A stretch of 32,000 nucleotides of DNA from Candidatus Methanoperedens sp. (lineage in GTDB: Archaea; Halobacteriota; Methanosarcinia; Methanosarcinales; Methanoperedenaceae). A program made the translations under genes and the position numbers. The stretch is taken from the NCBI GenBank assembly GCA_041494705.1, contig JBGQBI010000005.1, forward strand, positions 60,001-92,000, written 5' to 3'. Positions 27,304 to 32,000 of this stretch are shown here, piece after piece (the first letter of the stretch is position 1; the number at the start of each line of letters is the position of its first letter). A model generated the notes under the pieces. That model was not told where the DNA came from and did no database searches. It saw only the letters and a program-made list of their open reading frames with translations.

Positions 27304-28521
27304 ATGGTTTTTGAAGAGAAAGGCATCTATACCGTACATGAGTTCACCCTTGCTGTAAAAGGTATCCTTACTTCGGGACAGTGGAACGACGTCTGGGTAA
27401 GGGGTGAAATTTCAAATTTCACGAACCACAAATCGGGTCACCGCTATTTTACCCTGAAGGATAAGAACAGCCAGCTTCAATGCGTCATGTTCAAATGGTA
27501 CGGCAAGAACCTGAGATTTGAATTAGAGCACGGCATGAAGGTGCTTGTCCTGGGAGACCTGGATGTCTATGAGCAAAAGGGCGTTTACCAGTTAAAGGTC
27601 AGGGCAATCCGGCCCGACGGCATCGGGGAACTCTACAAAGCGTATGAGCAATTGAAAAACAAACTTGCAATGGAAGGTTTGTTCTCGCCTGAGCATAAAA
27701 AATCCCTGCCAAGGTTCCCCAAAAAAATCGGGATTGCCACATCGCCCACCGGCGCAGTTCTTCACGATATTTTGACTGTTATCAAAAGGCGCTATCCTGT
27801 AAATCTGCTTTTTATCCCTACAATAGTGCAGGGAGAATATGCGACACAAAGCATTATCAACTCAATTTCAGCGCTCAATAAAACGGATGTTGACCTGATT
27901 ATTCTCGGAAGGGGCGGGGGCTCGATCGAAGACCTCTGGGCTTTCAATGAAGAACTTGTGGCGCGGGCGATATTCAATTCAAGAATACCAATCATATCCG
28001 CCGTGGGGCATGAGACCGATTATACGATAGCTGATTTTGTGGCTGATGTCCGCGCCCCGACTCCATCGGCTGCCGCGGAGATAGCTGTGCCGGACAGAGC
28101 CGAACTTGCAAATCACATAAACAGACTGTGCGACAGGCTAATCGAGAACCAGAGGCGCAGTATCAGCGACACGGCATCCCACCTTTCCGAACTGAAAGCG
28201 GGCGTCGAGCCGCGCCTATTCCTTGAGAAGCTGGCTGATTATATGCAATATACGGATGAAATAACGCAGCGGCAGATATTGAGCTTGAAGAGAATCATGG
28301 AATCAAAAAAGTCGGTTTTCAATGCGCATGCGGGTAAACTTGATGCGGTCAGTCCGCTCGGGACGCTTTTGCGGGGTTACAGCATAACGTTGAAAATGCC
28401 TGGAGAAACGCTTGTGCGCAGCATAGGTGATGTTGAGAAAAAGGATGAGCTTTCGATAATAGTTAATGACGGAAAAATCAAATGCAAAGTAAATGACAAA
28501 GAGGTATGCACATGGAAATGA
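27304..28521 (+). CDS. xseA: Exodeoxyribonuclease VII large subunit
   Basis: 405 aa. It has an N-terminal OB fold (VWVRGEISNF...SGHRYFTLKD), GRGGGSIEDLWAFNEE and SAVGHETD. Confidence 0.9.
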   Translation: MVFEEKGIYTVHEFTLAVKGILTSGQWNDVWVRGEISNFTNHKSGHRYFTLKDKNSQLQCVMFKWYGKNLRFELEHGMKVLVLGDLDVYEQKGVYQLKVRAIRPDGIGELYKAYEQLKNKLAMEGLFSPEHKKSLPRFPKKIGIATSPTGAVLHDILTVIKRRYPVNLLFIPTIVQGEYATQSIINSISALNKTDVDLIILGRGGGSIEDLWAFNEELVARAIFNSRIPIISAVGHETDYTIADFVADVRAPTPSAAAEIAVPDRAELANHINRLCDRLIENQRRSISDTASHLSELKAGVEPRLFLEKLADYMQYTDEITQRQILSLKRIMESKKSVFNAHAGKLDAVSPLGTLLRGYSITLKMPGETLVRSIGDVEKKDELSIIVNDGKIKCKVNDKEVCTWK

Positions 28522-28733
28522 GTTTTGAGGAAGCGCTTTTGGAGCTTGAGGGTATAGTGGAAAAACTGGAAAAGGGACAGCTTTCGCTTGATGAGAGCCT
28601 TATGCTTTTCGAGAAAGGGATAAAGCTTGTGAGGGAATGCAATGATAAATTGAAAAGCGCACAACAGAAAGTGGAACAGTTGATTGAGGAGAATGGTGAG
28701 TTGAGAACGGAGAAGTTTGAGGTGGAGGAATAA
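28506..28733 (+). CDS. xseB: Exodeoxyribonuclease VII small subunit
   Basis: MSFEEALLELEGIVEKLEKGQLSLDESLMLFEKGIKL is canonical XseB. The real start is probably ATG 28512 or ATG 28518; the latter overlaps the xseA stop as ATGA. Confidence 0.85.
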   Translation: MHMEMSFEEALLELEGIVEKLEKGQLSLDESLMLFEKGIKLVRECNDKLKSAQQKVEQLIEENGELRTEKFEVEE

Positions 28734-28840
28734 ACTCCCCCCTATCGTGTTGTATAATCGCCGAAAGAATATCATGTAGTATGTGCCTGCACGCGCTGCA
28801 TTTCTCATCTGCTTTAAGGAAAAATGGTATTCCAACATGG

Positions 28841-29212
28841 TTATCGCACCAATGTTTTACGTATAAAATCCATGAACTTTTTCATTTGCATTTCAGGCTT
28901 TGAGGGTAAGTCGCTTTCAATCACTGTTTTTTCATATTTATCATGAAAATGGTGTGGAAAAGTAGCCAAACGTGCCCAGACCTTATGAGGGGCATTATCG
29001 TAACGATATATTGTTCCATCAATTTCAGACCTGTCCCAATGATATGAATATTTTCCAGAAATCGAAATCCAGATATCTGCAAAGCTGCCATCAATCAGCT
29101 CGATTCTCAATTTAGCAGGTTCGCCGGAGGGAAGTTTAATTATTTTTGTTTCCAGAACAACTTCTTTGAATTGTCTCGCGATTGATTCAAGAAAAAGATA
29201 TGTTTCCAACAT
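28841..29212 (-). CDS. TumE/DUF6516-like putative toxin
   Basis: 123 aa. YSYHWDR...YRYDNAPHKVW...TFPHHFHD matches my recollection of the DUF6516 (TumE) pattern. It overlaps the upstream partner by 26 nt. Confidence 0.5.
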   Translation of the reverse strand: MLETYLFLESIARQFKEVVLETKIIKLPSGEPAKLRIELIDGSFADIWISISGKYSYHWDRSEIDGTIYRYDNAPHKVWARLATFPHHFHDKYEKTVIESDLPSKPEMQMKKFMDFIRKTLVR

Positions 29213-29492
29213 GCGAGAGTTCCTTTTTCAGTTTCTTGATTGTATTTTCAAGATTTTCAAGAATGATCAAATCTTCCCAACCGGGATGTTCAGGAATGCT
29301 GCCTTCCTGCACTTTTTTTTCAAATTCATCCAGAGAGGATATCTTATATCTGGATATAATTTCCAGCCTATCTCTCATACAACCTTTGATTCTGGATTTT
29401 ATATATTCGATGATGCCTTCACGTATGAGAATGTCCTCGTTTATCCCAAGGTCTTTTGACAGATGCTTAACTGCTTCAATAGAGCTGCCCAT
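29187..29492 (-). CDS. Small upstream partner protein (putative antitoxin of the TumE-like pair)
   Basis: 101 aa, helical and charged. It overlaps the downstream gene in a typical two-gene TA layout. I do not recognise a family. Confidence 0.45.
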   Translation of the reverse strand: MGSSIEAVKHLSKDLGINEDILIREGIIEYIKSRIKGCMRDRLEIISRYKISSLDEFEKKVQEGSIPEHPGWEDLIILENLENTIKKLKKELSHVGNISFS

Positions 29493-29536
29493 GGAAAATC
29501 CTTTTAATGATATTCTAAAATTATTTTGTCATGTAT

Positions 29537-31360
29537 TTAAAGGTTGTTGCATTTTGATAGACGGTTTCTCTGGAATTTCTGTATCAAGCACTTCCGTCCC
29601 TCCCCAATCAGTTCCTCCCGCCCCGCCATTTTCAGCCCTTCATACACCAGCCCATAATTCCTTTCGTCCTTATACTGAAGCAAGGCGCGCTGTATCCTTT
29701 TCTCCCTCCCCTTCGCCACATGCACATTTTCCATCGTAAAAGGATTGATTCCGGTATAATACATGCATGTCGACGCGGTCATCGGCGTGGGCGTGAAATC
29801 CTGCACCTGTTCTGTATAGAGATTATTGTCGCGTATGTACTCAGCCAGTTCAACCATATCCTCTACAGTACAACCGGGATGACCTGACATGAAATACGGA
29901 AGAATATACTGCTTTTTCCCGAGTTCCTTGTTCAAGGCGTCAAACTTTATTTTAAATTCCTCAAACACTTCCCTTGACGGTTTGTGCATGATATCGGTGA
30001 CATGCTGCGTTATATGCTCAGGCGCGACCTTAAGATGCCCGCTCACATGATGCGCGCAAAGCTCCGGGAGATAACCGGATGAATCCGCCAGTACGAGGTC
30101 GTAACGAATACCTGAGCCGATGAATACTTTTTTAACGCCTGGAATCTCGCGAAGGCGCCGCAGAAGTTCAACCTGTTTTTCATGACTCGCATCAAGGCTC
30201 TTGCAAAAAGTGCATATTTTATCTGTACATGCGCCCTGCATATCCCAGCGCGCGCAATGCAGCATATACATGTTGGCTGTCGGTCCTCCCACATCCTGCA
30301 CGATGCCTTTGAAATCAGGCATCTTTGTCATTCTTTTAACCTCGCGCACAATAGATTCGATACTGCGGCTTTGCACGATTCTTCCCTGATGATGCGTCAG
30401 GGCGCAGAAAGAGCACGCTGCAAAGCATCCGCGGTGGCTTACTATCGAAAACTTGACAGGAGCAAGCGCAGGTATGGGTTTTTTATAGGAAGGGTGGGCT
30501 TTTCTTGAGTATGGGAGTTCATACACATGATCAAGTTCCGCAGTGGTTAAAGGCATGGCAGGCTTATTCTGGATAATTACTGTTTTCGGGTGCGGCTGCG
30601 CTACGGGTCTTCCCTGTACCGGGTCTTGCTCATGGTAATGGAGTTTGAAAGCCGTTGCGTACTGTTCTTTATCCTTTGAGACTTCATCGAATCCGGGTAT
30701 CACATCGTAATCCCCCTGTTCAGCCAGGTGCCATTTTTTAATTTCCATCTTGATGGCCGTCCCGGGGATATCGGTGATATCTTTTATGCTATCGCCGCGG
30801 GACAACATGCGTGAAATCTCCAACATCTGCCTTTCACCCATCCCGAAAACCAGTATATCCGCTGGCGCATCCGCAAGGATTGACTGGCGCACCGAATCCT
30901 GCCAGTAATCATAATGCGCAAACCGCCGCAGGCTTGCCTCGATGCCTCCAAGAACTATCGGGGTTCCAGGGAATATCGAATGAATTTTATCAGAATAGAC
31001 AATCGCAGCGCGGTTTGGTCTAAGTCCTCCTTTTGCTGCTGGCGAATAAACATCATCGCTTCGTACTTTCAGGTTTGGAGTATAATTATTCACCATGGAA
31101 TCCACGTTCCCTGAGGTGACGCCAAAGAATAGGCGCGGTTTTCCGAGTTTCTTAAAATCTATATCGCTCTTCCAGTCAGGCTGGGCTATGATACCCACGG
31201 TGTAGCCTGCATCCCATAGCACCCGCCCGATTATTGCAGCGCCAAATGAGGGATGGTCAACATAGGCGTCGCCTGTTACGAGGATTATGTCAAATTCATG
31301 GATTCCAAGCTCTGCGGCTTCACGCATGGACATGGGAAGGAAAAAAGGTTGGTGTTTCAT
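29537..31360 (-). CDS. ygiQ: YgiQ family radical SAM protein (UPF0313)
   Basis: The N-terminus FDIILVTGDAYVDHPSFGAAIIGRVL is YgiQ-specific. The radical SAM cluster is CFAACSFCALTHHQG. I prefer the ATG at 31360 (MKHQPFFLPMS) over the track TTG at 31393. Confidence 0.85.
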   Translation of the reverse strand: MKHQPFFLPMSMREAAELGIHEFDIILVTGDAYVDHPSFGAAIIGRVLWDAGYTVGIIAQPDWKSDIDFKKLGKPRLFFGVTSGNVDSMVNNYTPNLKVRSDDVYSPAAKGGLRPNRAAIVYSDKIHSIFPGTPIVLGGIEASLRRFAHYDYWQDSVRQSILADAPADILVFGMGERQMLEISRMLSRGDSIKDITDIPGTAIKMEIKKWHLAEQGDYDVIPGFDEVSKDKEQYATAFKLHYHEQDPVQGRPVAQPHPKTVIIQNKPAMPLTTAELDHVYELPYSRKAHPSYKKPIPALAPVKFSIVSHRGCFAACSFCALTHHQGRIVQSRSIESIVREVKRMTKMPDFKGIVQDVGGPTANMYMLHCARWDMQGACTDKICTFCKSLDASHEKQVELLRRLREIPGVKKVFIGSGIRYDLVLADSSGYLPELCAHHVSGHLKVAPEHITQHVTDIMHKPSREVFEEFKIKFDALNKELGKKQYILPYFMSGHPGCTVEDMVELAEYIRDNNLYTEQVQDFTPTPMTASTCMYYTGINPFTMENVHVAKGREKRIQRALLQYKDERNYGLVYEGLKMAGREELIGEGRKCLIQKFQRNRLSKCNNL

Positions 31361-31386
31361 GTTTTGGTTTAATTTACATTCAGGAT

Positions 31387-32000
31387 TTAACAATCCCGCT
31401 TCTTACATTCCTGAAGCAGTTCCTCAAACGTATAGTGTTTCGGTATTACCTTAACCTCTATCCCGAACCCTGATAAAGTATCAGCCGTCGGTTTCCCGAT
31501 TGCGGCAACTGTCTTTTCATTCATTATCCTGACAAGCTCATCCTTCACTCCCATTTCATCCGCAAGCGCCATGAAATTCCTTGCCATCATCGAGCTTGTG
31601 AATGCAAATATGTCAATTTCCCCGGCAAGCGCCCGCTCCATAAGCCTTTTGTGCCTTTCATCCCTCGGGCTTATTAACTGGTACACCTGCGTCTCATGAA
31701 CAACCGCGCCCTTTTTCAGGAGCCCATCGACAAGTTCGGGCGCGCCGTGACTGCTCCGGGCAATCTCGATTACCGCCCCTTCAATTCCGCTCATTTGTTC
31801 AACAAGCCCCTGCGAACTGAAAGATTCCGGAACAATACTCACATGTATTCCGTTTTTTTGAAGGGCTATTTTTGTATTCGGGCCAATTGCGACCACATGC
31901 GTCTTATTGAGCTGGTCTATAAATTCATCAGGGTCATCCAGTTTTAAAAGCGTGAACTCAACGCCATTTGCGCTTGTGAATATCACGTAGTCCACTTTTC
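31387..32000 (-). CDS. hemD: Uroporphyrinogen-III synthase (partial; 5' end beyond the right edge)
   Basis: The HemD-like two-lobe pattern is present (VIFTSANGVEF..., VAIGPNTKIAL, FAFTSSMMARNF, VAAIGKPTADTL). The frame stays open to the window end, and the family length of about 250 aa implies truncation. Confidence 0.7.
   Translation of the reverse strand, partial: KVDYVIFTSANGVEFTLLKLDDPDEFIDQLNKTHVVAIGPNTKIALQKNGIHVSIVPESFSSQGLVEQMSGIEGAVIEIARSSHGAPELVDGLLKKGAVVHETQVYQLISPRDERHKRLMERALAGEIDIFAFTSSMMARNFMALADEMGVKDELVRIMNEKTVAAIGKPTADTLSGFGIEVKVIPKHYTFEELLQECKKRDC

Noticed and set aside
1-32000. tRNA, rRNA, transposase or integrase genes, and Borg-style perfect tandem repeats
   Set aside because: I found no T-loop/acceptor-like sequences in intergenic regions. 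I found no ORF with transposase or integrase motifs, and no perfect multi-copy tandem repeats beyond the three-unit 9-mers. Genes on both strands with housekeeping content argue for chromosome rather than an extrachromosomal element.

Overview
This window looks like chromosomal DNA from a methane-metabolising archaeon, either a methanogen or an ANME. The Methanosarcinales-type coenzyme M genes point that way, but this taxonomic call is an inference. No database search was possible: product calls rest on motifs I recognise in the supplied translations, and coordinates and repeats were read by eye. I found about 37 credible CDS and no tRNA, rRNA or CRISPR array. The main feature is a complete seven-gene minus-strand operon at 17061-23926. 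It runs atwA (MCR component A2), then methanogenesis markers 3, 6, 5, 15, 17 and 7, with most junctions overlapping as TAATG or ATGA. Other core genes are the coenzyme M pair (cysteate synthase and fused sulfopyruvate decarboxylase comDE), acnB, thrB, prs, rnhB, xseAB, a P-type ATPase, an ABC transporter, ygiQ and a partial hemD. Between these roughly 50% GC core genes sit AT-rich accessory patches of about 30% GC by spot counts. One is an orphan 444-aa membrane protein next to vapBC. Another is a four-gene cassette (membrane protein, hicA, hicB, HExxH membrane protein) with its own TATA box, directly downstream of the marker operon. A third is a TumE/DUF6516-like overlapping gene pair. Four intergenic loci carry a repeat family built from three tandem 9-nt units, in two flavours (NNCACAGAG and NNCGCAAAG), often as imperfect hairpins. 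A 100-nt island of 79% GC lies in a 27% GC spacer. I see no clear-cut new system. The best candidates for follow-up are the hicAB membrane cassette, the 9-nt-periodic repeat family and the GC island.
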